Source: an uncultured Acidobacteriota bacterium (GTDB taxonomy: Bacteria; Acidobacteriota; Thermoanaerobaculia; Gp7-AA8). From it: DNA of 64,000 nucleotides. Positions 9,144 through 18,710 of this stretch are shown one piece after another. How positions within the stretch are numbered: position 1 is the stretch's first letter; the number at the start of each line of letters is the position of its first letter. The stretch is taken from positions 1,184,001 to 1,248,000 of the forward strand of contig CAVUKB010000005.1 of NCBI GenBank assembly GCA_963741955.1. Direction: 5' to 3'. Under the pieces are notes generated by a model. The model was not told the DNA's origin. It did not search any database and was given only the letters and a program-made list of their open reading frames with translations. The position numbers were made by a program, and so were the translations under genes.

Positions 9144-9524
9144 CTATTTCTTGTGACAGTCTTTGCACATCGCCGGCCCCTTCTTCTCTGCTTTGTGGCA
9201 GCCGATGCACTTGATGTGGAAGGGGTTCTTGGTCATGCTCATCTCTGCCATGCTCGGAACCTTCGCGTCGGTGGGGTTCAGATGGCAGTCGGAACACTTC
9301 TTCACGTCCTTCGCGTTCGCCGCCGTCAGGCCCTTGTTCGTGTGATGGCAGGTGTCGCACGTCTTGACCAGCTTCTCGTGCTGGGCGTGCGGGAAGGTGA
9401 CCGCCGGCTGCTTCTTCGCAGCCGCGTCGATCTTCACGGTGTCCGGTGCTTTCTGTTGCGCGGAGGCCAGGGTCGTCACCAGCAGGAAGGCGAAGGCGGC
9501 CGCCACGCTCATGAGTTTTCTCAT
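9144..9524 (-). CDS. Periplasmic tetraheme class III cytochrome c (cytochrome c3 family)
   Basis: Signal peptide; V.FPH..H, CDTCHH, CSDCH, FH..CIGCH and GP..CKDCH motifs. Confidence 0.92.
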   Translation of the reverse strand: MRKLMSVAAAFAFLLVTTLASAQQKAPDTVKIDAAAKKQPAVTFPHAQHEKLVKTCDTCHHTNKGLTAANAKDVKKCSDCHLNPTDAKVPSMAEMSMTKNPFHIKCIGCHKAEKKGPAMCKDCHKK

Positions 9525-9730
9525 TGCGTCATTCTCCTTTTTCATTCAGTGAGCGGCGAGGCCCACGCTCCCTCGGGAGGCGAGAGAATGTGCCCGAACG
9601 CCGGACGTAAGCTAGCACCCGGCACGACCCGGCGCCAATGCTTCGGATCACAGATGAATGTTCATCGACAGAGAGCCGGCGGGGCGGCTGCCGGAGGAGC
9701 GTCCCGGGTGACGAAAACCTCCCCCTCCGT

Positions 9731-11023
9731 TCACAGCAGCGCGCGCACGCGGCGCCAGCTCTGCTCCTTCACCTTCCCGCTCCAGCTCCGTTTCCGGAAC
9801 TCCTCGAGATTCACTTCGGTCGAGTGTTCCAGATCCTGGAGATAGATCGTCTCCAGCCGACGTGCGAGCTCCTCGTCCCTGAAGACGGACGAGACCTCGT
9901 CGTTGAGCATCACGGAGCGGTTGTCGAAGTTGATGGTCCCGACGGCACCCCAGAGTCCGTCCACCACCAGGGTCTTCGCGTGGATCATGGTCGGCCGGTA
10001 CTCGAAGATGCGGATCCCGGCGCCGAGGAGCTCCTCGTAGTGCGCCCGGGCGGCGTACCACGTGGCGGGATTGTCGACGTTCGCTCCCGGAGTGAGGATC
10101 CGGACGTCGACACCGCGCGAGGCCGTATCCATCAGCAGAGTCCGGAAGTCGTCGTCGGGGACGAAGTAGGGATTCGTGATCCAGAGCCGCCGCTGCGCCG
10201 CGGAGATGAAGAGGACGAAGAATCTCTCGGCGTTCGTGCAGCCGATCGAAGGCGCGGTGTGAAGGACTCCGCACGTATGGTGTCCGCACACGCGGTCGCG
10301 CGGATGGAAGACCGATCCGCCGACCAGGAGCTCGCTCGACGACTCTCCCCAGTTGCTGACGAATGCGGCCTGAAGCTGGTTCACCGCCGCCCCCTCGATC
10401 CGCACGTTCGTGTCACGCCAACCGTCCGGGTGACGTCCGTCCCCTTCCCACAGCTGGTCGATCCCGAACCCGCCCGTGTATCCGACCGATCCGTCGATCA
10501 CCACACAACGGATGTGCATCCGCTGCTGCACCTTGTAGAGAATCCTCCAGCTGAAGGGGCGGAAGAAGTCAAGATGCACACCCGCCTCGCGGAGCGCCTG
10601 GAGATACTCATCCGGAAGGGTCCTCGAGCCGAACGCGTCGATCAGCATGAAGACCTTCACTCCTGCGCGTGCCCGCTCCATCAGGACGTCTTTCACCTGC
10701 TCGGCAATCCGGCTGGAGCGAAGCCAGTAGACATGCCAGGTGATCAGTTTCTTCGCAGCGCGGAGATCCTCGAGCAGACGAGGAAACGTCTCGTCCCCGT
10801 TGAGGAGAATCTCGACCGCGCTCCCGTCGTGCAGCGGAGTTCCGGTGAGCAGCTCGAACGTCTCACCGAACAGAGCCGAGTCGACTGAGAACCGCTCCCC
10901 TTCGATCCCGAGCTCGTGGATCCGGTTGAGCCGGTTCTCGCGCATCACGTACTCGAAAAGCACCAGCCCGAAGAAGGCCATCAGCAGAAACAGCAGCGAC
11001 GCGATCACGACCGCAGCGACCAT
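9731..11023 (-). CDS. Cardiolipin synthase-like phospholipase D
   Basis: N-terminal TM; second HKD motif HAKTLVVD..GTINFD; first motif is a variant (HIRCVVIDG). Confidence 0.85.
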   Translation of the reverse strand: MVAAVVIASLLFLLMAFFGLVLFEYVMRENRLNRIHELGIEGERFSVDSALFGETFELLTGTPLHDGSAVEILLNGDETFPRLLEDLRAAKKLITWHVYWLRSSRIAEQVKDVLMERARAGVKVFMLIDAFGSRTLPDEYLQALREAGVHLDFFRPFSWRILYKVQQRMHIRCVVIDGSVGYTGGFGIDQLWEGDGRHPDGWRDTNVRIEGAAVNQLQAAFVSNWGESSSELLVGGSVFHPRDRVCGHHTCGVLHTAPSIGCTNAERFFVLFISAAQRRLWITNPYFVPDDDFRTLLMDTASRGVDVRILTPGANVDNPATWYAARAHYEELLGAGIRIFEYRPTMIHAKTLVVDGLWGAVGTINFDNRSVMLNDEVSSVFRDEELARRLETIYLQDLEHSTEVNLEEFRKRSWSGKVKEQSWRRVRALL

Positions 11024-11065
11024 GGGAGAACCCTCGTGCACGGAACAGGCCGAGAGGCGTCGGAC

Positions 11066-11193
11066 ATCTGATATCTACTATCTGTTATCTGATATCTGGG
11101 GTCTGATAACAGATAATAGATCTGATAACAGATAATAGATCAGATAACAGATAACAGATCAGATAATCGATAACAGATAACAGATAATAGATA
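11066..11193. repeat. AT-rich heptamer tract (AGATAAC/AGATAAT) with a short inverted arm
   Basis: Read directly; abuts the response regulator stop at 11194. Confidence 0.9.
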
Positions 11194-11916
11194 TCAATTG
11201 CCGTCGTTCCACTTGTAGCCCATCCCATGGACCGTCACGATGAAACGGGGACGGGAGGGGTCGGATTCGAGCTTCTGCCGGAGCGACGCGACGTGGACGT
11301 CGACCGTGCGTGTGACCGGCGTGACGTCGTAACCCCACACCTTGTCCAGCAGCTCGTCGCGTGTGAGAAGCACGCCGCGATGCTCGATGAAATAGCGCAG
11401 CAGCTTCAACTCGAGGCTCGAAAGATCGATCGGCACGCCTTTTCGCTGGACCTCCGCGCGCCGGAAGTCGACTCTGACTTCCCCGAACGACCACGACTCG
11501 AGAGCGTCGAGGTTGGTCCCTCGGCTACGCCTCAGGAGGCTCTCGACGCGGGCGAGGAGCTCCATCATCTCGAACGGCTTGGTCAGGTAGTCGTCCGCTC
11601 CGAGCTTGAGTCCGACCACCTTGTCGGTGACCTGAGCCCGCGCGGTCAGCATCAGTACGGGCGTCTCGATCCCCCGCACGCGAAGATCGCGAAGGACGTC
11701 GAGCCCGTTCCTGAGGGGGAGCGAGACGTCGAGAATCACCAGATCGTAGCGGTCGCGGGAGGCCTTTTCGAATCCGGCAGCGCCGTCTCTCGCGTCGTCG
11801 ACCTCGAAGCCTTCGCTGGCCAGGCGATCGCCGAGGGTAATGACGAGCGTCTCCTCGTCTTCGACCAGGAGAATCCGGCGCCGCGGGAGGACATCCGTCG
11901 TAGGGGGGCCGGTCAC
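11194..11916 (-). CDS. OmpR-family response regulator
   Basis: ILLVEDE, LVILD, GADDYLTKPF and TRTVDVHV..LR.KL; GTGA overlap with the kinase stop. Confidence 0.93.
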   Translation of the reverse strand: MTGPPTTDVLPRRRILLVEDEETLVITLGDRLASEGFEVDDARDGAAGFEKASRDRYDLVILDVSLPLRNGLDVLRDLRVRGIETPVLMLTARAQVTDKVVGLKLGADDYLTKPFEMMELLARVESLLRRSRGTNLDALESWSFGEVRVDFRRAEVQRKGVPIDLSSLELKLLRYFIEHRGVLLTRDELLDKVWGYDVTPVTRTVDVHVASLRQKLESDPSRPRFIVTVHGMGYKWNDGN

Positions 11917-13682
11917 GTCGCCTCTCCTGCCAGACGCGGCGCAGGGGCGCCCGCAGTCGGAAGGCTCACCGTGAACGTCGAGCCGCGGCCGGAGCTCTCC
12001 ACCCGGACGGTTCCGTTCTCCGCTTCGACGATCCTCCGCACCAGGCTGAGCCCGAGTCCGCTTCCGCGCGACTGCTCGGTCCCGCGCCCACGATAGAACG
12101 GCTCGAAGAGGTGAGGAAGGTCTCGCCGGTCGATTCCGGGGCCATCGTCGGCGACGGAGATCATGACCCTTCCCGCCGCGGTCCAGCCGCGAATCCCGAT
12201 CGACACACCGGGACGGCCGTGCTTGGCGGCGTTGACCACGAGATTCGTCAGCGCCCGACGCACTGCGCTCTCGTTCACGGTCACCGGAGGGAGGTCCTCC
12301 GGGAAGGAGAGTGTGACCGAGGCATTCTGCTCGTCGACGAACGGCTTCGAATCCGCGACGGCACTCTGAACGAGAGAGGCGACGCCGACGGTCTTCTTCG
12401 CGGCAGCACGGCGAGGGGCGGTCATGCCGGCGAACTCGAGGACTTCGGCGACCATGGTCGAAAGGCGCCTTCCTTCGCCGACGATCATGGATCCGTAGCG
12501 CCTCACCTGCTCTTCGCCGGTGACGATTCCGTCCGCGAGGTTCTGTCCCGCCGAACGGATCGCCGCGAGTGGAGTGTTGAGCTCGTGAGTGACTCCGGCA
12601 ATGAACTCGATCTGCTGCTGCGCGAGCTTGTGACGTCTGCGCGCCGAATCGATGATCAGCAGCACGGTGAGTACGAGGAGAAGCACGATTCCCGCACTGA
12701 TCGCCAGGTTCCGCTTTCGTGTCGCGTCGACCACCTGCTCGAGTGACCCGGCCCGGTACGACGCGACCAGCTCCCACGGCTGATACAACTGCAGACCTGG
12801 CCCCCTGGAGTCGGGCCCGAATCCCTCTCCTCGACGACCCCGTCCGAAGCGGTGCCCATAGGAGGATGCGCCCGATTCCACTGCCGCGGGTCCGGGCCCC
12901 TCCCGTGGTCCGAACAGCGGCCTCCGTACCATCGGATTCGCCAGGAGCGGCTGCGGAGACGCCGAGTTCGTGAAGAAGATCTCCGGTCCGGCCGATCCCT
13001 TCCGGATCACCGCCACGTCGACCGGAGCTTCGTCCGCCGCCGGAAAGATCCGGCTCGAAAGGTCGGCCAGCCAGCTCGAGCGGATGGCGTCATCGTCGAG
13101 CTGTACGATCAGGACGCCGGGGTTTCGGAGGTTCTGCGGTTCCGTTCCGGAGGGAGGGAGAGGAAGAACGAGCGCCGAGAGGGCGGGGACGAACGGCTGA
13201 CCGAGCCCGGCGCCGGGCGCTCCGCGTCCCGGTTCCGGCCCACGGCCGCTCAGGCGCCACTCGAGCGGGAGGAGCGAAGACGGCCACTCGGCGGGAACGA
13301 GAGAGCGGGACTCCGGCATGAATCGCTCGAGGCGGACACCGCCCGGGGTGTCCAGCCGGGCGACCCAGACTGCGGTGACGAGCTTCGACCGACCGGGGAC
13401 CGCCGACCAGCGCTCGAAGCGCTCCGACAATGCTGCCGCGAGATCGTCTTCCCCCTCGTACCTGCCCGGTCTGAGCGCGCGCGCGATCGCGGCCGTCTCG
13501 TCTTCGAGCTCTCCCGCGAAGCGGTCTGCGGCGACATGGAGCGATCCCATCATCCGCTCCCGCTCCGCACGGCTGATCTCTCCGATCCAGCGGTACTGGA
13601 GCGTCGCGAGAGTGGCGAGGAGCGCCAGAGCCACGACCACCAGGCTCGCCGAACCCCACGGGAACTCGTCGGAGCGTCTCAT
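11913..13682 (-). CDS. Sensor histidine kinase
   Basis: Two TM segments, THELNTPL H-box, NAAKH, DDGPG and GSGLGL. Confidence 0.93.
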   Translation of the reverse strand: MRRSDEFPWGSASLVVVALALLATLATLQYRWIGEISRAERERMMGSLHVAADRFAGELEDETAAIARALRPGRYEGEDDLAAALSERFERWSAVPGRSKLVTAVWVARLDTPGGVRLERFMPESRSLVPAEWPSSLLPLEWRLSGRGPEPGRGAPGAGLGQPFVPALSALVLPLPPSGTEPQNLRNPGVLIVQLDDDAIRSSWLADLSSRIFPAADEAPVDVAVIRKGSAGPEIFFTNSASPQPLLANPMVRRPLFGPREGPGPAAVESGASSYGHRFGRGRRGEGFGPDSRGPGLQLYQPWELVASYRAGSLEQVVDATRKRNLAISAGIVLLLVLTVLLIIDSARRRHKLAQQQIEFIAGVTHELNTPLAAIRSAGQNLADGIVTGEEQVRRYGSMIVGEGRRLSTMVAEVLEFAGMTAPRRAAAKKTVGVASLVQSAVADSKPFVDEQNASVTLSFPEDLPPVTVNESAVRRALTNLVVNAAKHGRPGVSIGIRGWTAAGRVMISVADDGPGIDRRDLPHLFEPFYRGRGTEQSRGSGLGLSLVRRIVEAENGTVRVESSGRGSTFTVSLPTAGAPAPRLAGEAT

Positions 13683-13842
13683 CGCGATCGAGTTTAGCGC
13701 GACTTCTGCCCCGAAAAACGTCCTCCGCGAGGTCGCGGCCGGAGCTTTTACATATCTTACAAACCCGTTTCACTTCCATGAAGATCCGGTCGTACCTGCG
13801 AACCTACGATGCGTGGGTCATTTGATGAAAGGAGACGAAGTC

Positions 13843-14364
13843 ATGAAGAAGATCGCCATCGTCATTGCCACCCTCGCACTCGCAGCATCCGCAGCTTTCG
13901 CCCGGCAGGGACCTCCTCCGACCGGAACCCCCGGCCCGAACGCTCCCGGGATCGGAGAGGCAGCCCTTTTCGACTTTCTCGGCCTGACCGCGGATCAGGA
14001 GACGCAGTGGACCGCGCTCCACGACCAGTTCCGCACCAGCGTACAGACGCTGTTCGAACAGCGCGACACCCTCAGGCAACAGCTTCAGGATCAGCTCGAC
14101 GCGACCACGCCCGATCCGGCGGCGATCGGTGCGACAATGCTGCAGTTGAAGGGGATCAGTGATCAGATCCGCGCTGCGCACGACGCGCTCCAGTCGAGCC
14201 TGGAGGCTCTCCTCACGCCTGACCAGCTGCTTCGATTCCAGGCATTTCTCGCAGCCCAGAAGGCGCTCGGTCGCGGTCCGGGAGGACCGAACGGTCCGGG
14301 GGCGGAAGGAATGCCGGGATCCGGGCCGCACGGTTCCGGTAACGGAACCTGCATTCATTGCTGA
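13843..14364 (+). CDS. Spy/CpxP-like periplasmic protein
   Basis: Signal peptide; LGLTADQ and LLTPDQ (LTxxQ) motifs; divergent from the two-component system. Confidence 0.8.
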   Translation: MKKIAIVIATLALAASAAFARQGPPPTGTPGPNAPGIGEAALFDFLGLTADQETQWTALHDQFRTSVQTLFEQRDTLRQQLQDQLDATTPDPAAIGATMLQLKGISDQIRAAHDALQSSLEALLTPDQLLRFQAFLAAQKALGRGPGGPNGPGAEGMPGSGPHGSGNGTCIHC

Positions 14365-14429
14365 ACGTCGGATCGAAGGGAGCGGCCGAAGCTGGCCGCT
14401 CCTCATCGCGTTCGTCAAGGAGACGCATC

Positions 14430-15017
14430 ATGAACAGGAGAATGCAACTCGCAGTGGTCACGCTCGCAGCCCTCGCTCTCGTCGCGTCGGCTGCCTTTGC
14501 AGCAAACGGAAAAGTCGACTTTTCCGGTAAGTGGAAGTTCAACGCCGACAAGAGCGACTCGATGCGCGGCGGCGGGTTCGGCGGCCATGGCCGCGGCATG
14601 GGACCCGGCGCAGGCGGCGGACCGATGGGAGGAGGGGCGATGGGACCGGGTGGTGGATTCGGCGCGCGCGGCATGAGCCGCGGCGACCGCGACAGGCGGG
14701 GGATGCGCGACCGCGAGATCACCATCTCCCAGAAAGACGCCGCGGTGACCATCCATCACCAGGACGGCCGGGACGAGACGTTCTACACCGACGGCCGCGT
14801 CACGAAGTCGACCGACCCGATGGGCGATCCGGTCGAAGTGAGTGCGAAGTGGGATGGATCGAAACTGGTGATCACACGGAGCGGGGAGTCGCGCAGCATG
14901 CACGAGACATGGGACCTGACCGACTCCGGAAAGCGGCTGACCATGACCGTGGAGATGAGCCGCGGCAATGAGACGCCGGTTCGTACGACGCACCGGGTGT
15001 TCGATCTCGAAAAGTAG
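14430..15017 (+). CDS. Secreted hypothetical protein (beta-rich, Gly-rich insert)
   Basis: Signal peptide, DFSGKW..N..KSD start, RBS aggag. Confidence 0.75.
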   Translation: MNRRMQLAVVTLAALALVASAAFAANGKVDFSGKWKFNADKSDSMRGGGFGGHGRGMGPGAGGGPMGGGAMGPGGGFGARGMSRGDRDRRGMRDREITISQKDAAVTIHHQDGRDETFYTDGRVTKSTDPMGDPVEVSAKWDGSKLVITRSGESRSMHETWDLTDSGKRLTMTVEMSRGNETPVRTTHRVFDLEK

Positions 15018-15140
15018 AGCGGTTCGGCACGAGGGCGCAGGGCGGATGCGAGCGAGTGGCTCGCATCCGCGGCGCCGGGACCCCGTCGATCATCCGACGG
15101 AACTTGCGCGATGAGAGGCGGCGATCGTCTGCCCCCGCGA

Positions 15141-16601
15141 TCACTCCACCGTCGCTGCTCTCCGTTCCCCGGCGGAAGGCTGCGGGAAGTCGAGAGTGAC
15201 CACAGTCCCCTCTCCCGGTTCGCTCGCGATCCGCACGTCCCCGGAATGGAGTCGCATGATGGAGCGGACGATGGCCAACCCGAGTCCCGTCCCGCCGTGT
15301 CCCGATCGCGCGGCATCCGCCCGGTAGAAGCGATCGAAGAGCTTCGGCAGGTGCTCCGGCGCGATACCTGAACCGGTATCTTCGACCGAGATCAGGACGT
15401 GCCCTTCACGTTCGCGGGAACGGATCACGATCCGGTCGCCCGCGGTGGTGTGGTTGAGGGCATTCGACACGAGATTCGTCAGCGCCCGACGGAGCAGCAG
15501 CGGGTCGGCAGCGACCGTTGCGCTGCCCTCGGCCAGAAGAGAGATCTGCTTCTGCTCGCCGAATGCCTCGAAGAATTCGATCACCGCGTCGACTTCCTTC
15601 CGCGCGTCGAGCGGTCTGGTGTTCACAATCCCCTGGGTCGCTTCGGCGCGCGCGACGAACAGGAGACTCTCGATCATGCTGGTGAGCCGTACTCCTTCTT
15701 CCAGATTCGACTGAAGGATCTCGCGATATTCCTCCGGAGTTCGCTCCTTCTGGAGCGTCACCTCGAGCTCGCCCATCAGATTGTTGAGCGGAGTCCGGAG
15801 CTCGTGCGCGAGGTCGGCTGAAAACTGCGAGAGGCGCCCGAATGAATCCTCGAGCCGCTCGAGCATCGAATCGAACGACCGGGCGAGGCTCGCGACCTCC
15901 GAAGGCCAGGGACGGTCGCCGATCCGCTCTTCCAGTCTGGAGGCGGAGATCCCTTCGACCGTCGCCGCGATCTCGCGCAGCGGCGTCATTCCCCGGCGTA
16001 CCAGGACCACCGCGATGGGAATCGCGAGGAGCGAGCCGATGAGGATCACCACGGCCAGACTGGTGCCGAACCGTTTCATCACCTCCTCGTCGTCCGCTTT
16101 CTCCAGCATCAGCCGGATGACGTAAGGTCCCTCGCCGATCCCGGCAGCCTTCGCAGTGGAGATCATGTACGGAACTCCGTGAGCATCCCGCCAGAGAATT
16201 CCGCTCGATGGCTCCACGCCGGGTGGGGCCGGCCGAGGAAAGACCGATTCGTCCGGAACGATCATCTCCATCCCGCGCGTCTGCATCACCACGTTGCCTC
16301 GCGCGTCCTCGATCCGGATCCAGTAGCGGGTCACGTTGTGGACGTTCGGATCGAGATCGATCTCGGGACGCAGCGCCGGCGCAGGCTGGATCTCCCGGGA
16401 GAGAATCTCGCGCAGAACGCTGATCTTCTGCCGGATGAACTCCTGATCCTGGGTGTCGAAACCGACCCGCAACGCGCGCCATGCGATGAGGGAGGAGACT
16501 CCCAGCATCCCCAGAATCGCCACGGTGAAGAGAATCACCAGCCGCGCAGTGATGGATAGAGCGCGCGCATCGCGCGATGGTTCATCGAGCTTCGAGGACA
16601 T
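15141..16601 (-). CDS. Heavy-metal sensor histidine kinase (CusS/CzcS-like)
   Basis: HAMP domain, [21 protein letters not shown] and GTGLGL. Confidence 0.9.
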   Translation of the reverse strand: MSSKLDEPSRDARALSITARLVILFTVAILGMLGVSSLIAWRALRVGFDTQDQEFIRQKISVLREILSREIQPAPALRPEIDLDPNVHNVTRYWIRIEDARGNVVMQTRGMEMIVPDESVFPRPAPPGVEPSSGILWRDAHGVPYMISTAKAAGIGEGPYVIRLMLEKADDEEVMKRFGTSLAVVILIGSLLAIPIAVVLVRRGMTPLREIAATVEGISASRLEERIGDRPWPSEVASLARSFDSMLERLEDSFGRLSQFSADLAHELRTPLNNLMGELEVTLQKERTPEEYREILQSNLEEGVRLTSMIESLLFVARAEATQGIVNTRPLDARKEVDAVIEFFEAFGEQKQISLLAEGSATVAADPLLLRRALTNLVSNALNHTTAGDRIVIRSREREGHVLISVEDTGSGIAPEHLPKLFDRFYRADAARSGHGGTGLGLAIVRSIMRLHSGDVRIASEPGEGTVVTLDFPQPSAGERRAATVE

Positions 16602-17256
16602 ATCCCATCCCACGAACGGTGTGGATGAGCTTCTGCTCGAACGGATCGTCCACCTTGCTCCGAAGTCTGCGGACCGCAACGTCGATGATGTTCGTATCGG
16701 TATCGAAGTTGATGTCCCAGACCTGCTCGGCGATCACTGCACGGGGAAGGATCTCTCCGGCCCGGCGGACGAGAAGGGAGAGCAGCGAAAATTCTTTCGG
16801 AGTGAGGTTGAGCAGATTTCCCTGTCGCACCGCGCGGTGGCGGATCAGGTCGATCTCCAGATCCGCGACCTTGATTGCCTGCTGCACGCGCTGTGGAGCG
16901 CGGCGGAGGACGGTGCGGATCCGCGCGATCAACTCCGTGAATGCGAACGGCTTGACCAGATAGTCGTCCGCCTGCAGCTCCAGCCCTTTGACCCGGTCTT
17001 CGACCGAATCGCGCGCGGTGAGAAAGATCACCGGAAGATGTTCCTTCGCGTCGCGAAGTTTCCGGATCACGTCCCAGCCGTCGAGGCCGGGAAGCATCAC
17101 GTCGAGGATCACCAGGTCGTACGACCCGGTGAGAGCCAGGTGGAGTCCGTCCTCGCCATCCGCGGCGACGTCCAGAACGAATCCCGCTTCTTTGAGGCCC
17201 TTGCTCAGATAGGAGGCTGTCTTCGCTTCGTCTTCGATGATCAAAAGGCGCATCAT
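16582..17256 (-). CDS. Heavy-metal response regulator (CusR/CzcR-like)
   Basis: [39 protein letters not shown] signature. Confidence 0.92.
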   Translation of the reverse strand: MMRLLIIEDEAKTASYLSKGLKEAGFVLDVAADGEDGLHLALTGSYDLVILDVMLPGLDGWDVIRKLRDAKEHLPVIFLTARDSVEDRVKGLELQADDYLVKPFAFTELIARIRTVLRRAPQRVQQAIKVADLEIDLIRHRAVRQGNLLNLTPKEFSLLSLLVRRAGEILPRAVIAEQVWDINFDTDTNIIDVAVRRLRSKVDDPFEQKLIHTVRGMGYVLEAR

Positions 17257-17564
17257 CACTCCAATCGCGTTTTCCAACACCACGGCCGCGGCAATGCTTT
17301 CCTGCCGCTGGCCCTTGCTAATTTGTAATCACTTGGTCAGTGATACGCAATGTCAATCTTCTAGGATGAATGGTGTTCCGATCGGGTGCTGTTCCCGGAG
17401 CCCCCGGACGGAACAACCGGCAGTGCGAAGGTTGTGCGAAGCAGGAAAGCGATGTTCAGAACCGCCCCCCTTCCACACGTTCCGACAGCGGAGAATCGCA
17501 GGGTGCAACTCTTCGCACTGCCGGGCTTTTGAGATCCCGTCACCCGCTTACCCGACGGTCGACC

Positions 17565-18026
17565 ATGATGCGCGCATACCGCTGCGATTACCCGGAAATT
17601 CGCCTCACCCCGAACGACCTTCGCAGCGAAGGCCTCTGGTATTCGCGCCACGACGCTTCCGACGGCCGCGAAGAGCTCGAGCACATCCGCTGCTGGCGCG
17701 GCTACACCCACGAGGAGCTGGTCCTGCTCGGGAACGGCGACAGCCACGGCGGAGATCCCGATGATCTCACCCGCGAGCACCGTCATGCTGCCGATGAGGC
17801 TCGATTCATGGTCGAAGGGAACGGCATCCTCGAGGTGAGGGACTGGAGCGATCGTTGGATCCGCATCGAGCTCCAGAGCGGAGACTTCGTCGTCGTGCCG
17901 GCCGGACGCCATCATCGCTTTTTCATCGGAGAGAATGGCTTCTGCCGCTTTCTCCGCCTCTACTTCGACGACGACGACCGTGTACCGATCTACCGCGAGT
18001 CCGGCGAAAAACAACAACACGCCTGA
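17565..18026 (+). CDS. Acireductone dioxygenase (ARD/MtnD)-like cupin
   Basis: EHRH..DE.RF...G.G, WIRI....GD..VVPAG..HRF motifs. Confidence 0.75.
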   Translation: MMRAYRCDYPEIRLTPNDLRSEGLWYSRHDASDGREELEHIRCWRGYTHEELVLLGNGDSHGGDPDDLTREHRHAADEARFMVEGNGILEVRDWSDRWIRIELQSGDFVVVPAGRHHRFFIGENGFCRFLRLYFDDDDRVPIYRESGEKQQHA

Positions 18027-18040
18027 AGGAGGGCGCGCAG

Positions 18041-18563
18041 ATGGGTTCCGTCGGATTTCCTGAACTGCTGGTCATTCTCGTCGTCGCGGCCCTCGTCTTC
18101 GGCCCCCGGCGTCTTCCCGAGATCGGCCGATCGATTGGCGGCGCCCTCTCCGCATTCAAGGAAGGGCTGAACGATCCCCAGAAACAACACGATTCAAGAC
18201 GGGGAAGCGAGGCTTCCCCGTCGCACGGCAAGGCGAGCCCCGAACAGCTGCAACCGGATCAGGCCCGCGCTGCGGCTAGGAGTCTGCGCGATAGAAACTG
18301 TCCTACTGCGAAAGCGGATCAGCGGTCCAAATCCGCCCGGATTTTCGGCGAGTAGCCACCGCTACGCACCTCAAATCCGAACGAATTTGGCCTCGCTGCT
18401 TCGCTTTCTCGCTACGGACGTTTCTATCGCGCAGACTCCTACCGGGGCGGAACGGGCGACGGCTGCGACGCAAACCTCGCAGCCGTCGCCGCAGTTCCTG
18501 CCGGCTCCTCCGCCGGCATCGGAAACTCGAACGGTCCCCGCCTCAGTCGACAGGGAGCGGTGA
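18041..18563 (+). CDS. tatA: Twin-arginine translocase TatA/E subunit whose C-terminal tail is interrupted by MITE-A (as it stands, the frame stops at 18355)
   Basis: PELLVILVVAALVFGPRRLPEIGRSIG..FK. Removing 163 bp restores a 119-aa ORF ending at TGA 18561-18563. Confidence 0.85.
18277..18441. mobile_element. MITE-A copy 1 (161 bp plus TA duplication)
   Basis: TA-GGAGTCTGCGCGATAGAAAC...GTTTCTATCGCGCAGACTCC-TA; near-identical copy at 59781-59945. Confidence 0.9.
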
Positions 18564-18710
18564 GACGCCAGCAGCCTCCTGCGACCTCCTCGCTCCGTTC
18601 CCTCGCACCGATCACTCCATTGCGGAAACCCGTGTTTCGACGGATGATGCGGTTGACCAGTCGGTCGGCCGCCGAGACGGCGACGAAATCTCACGAACGG
18701 GCAGGACGCG

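Noticed and set aside
13746-13773. CpxR-like TTTAC repeats upstream of the Spy-like gene
   Set aside because: Spacing is irregular (9 and 13 bp); too weak to call.
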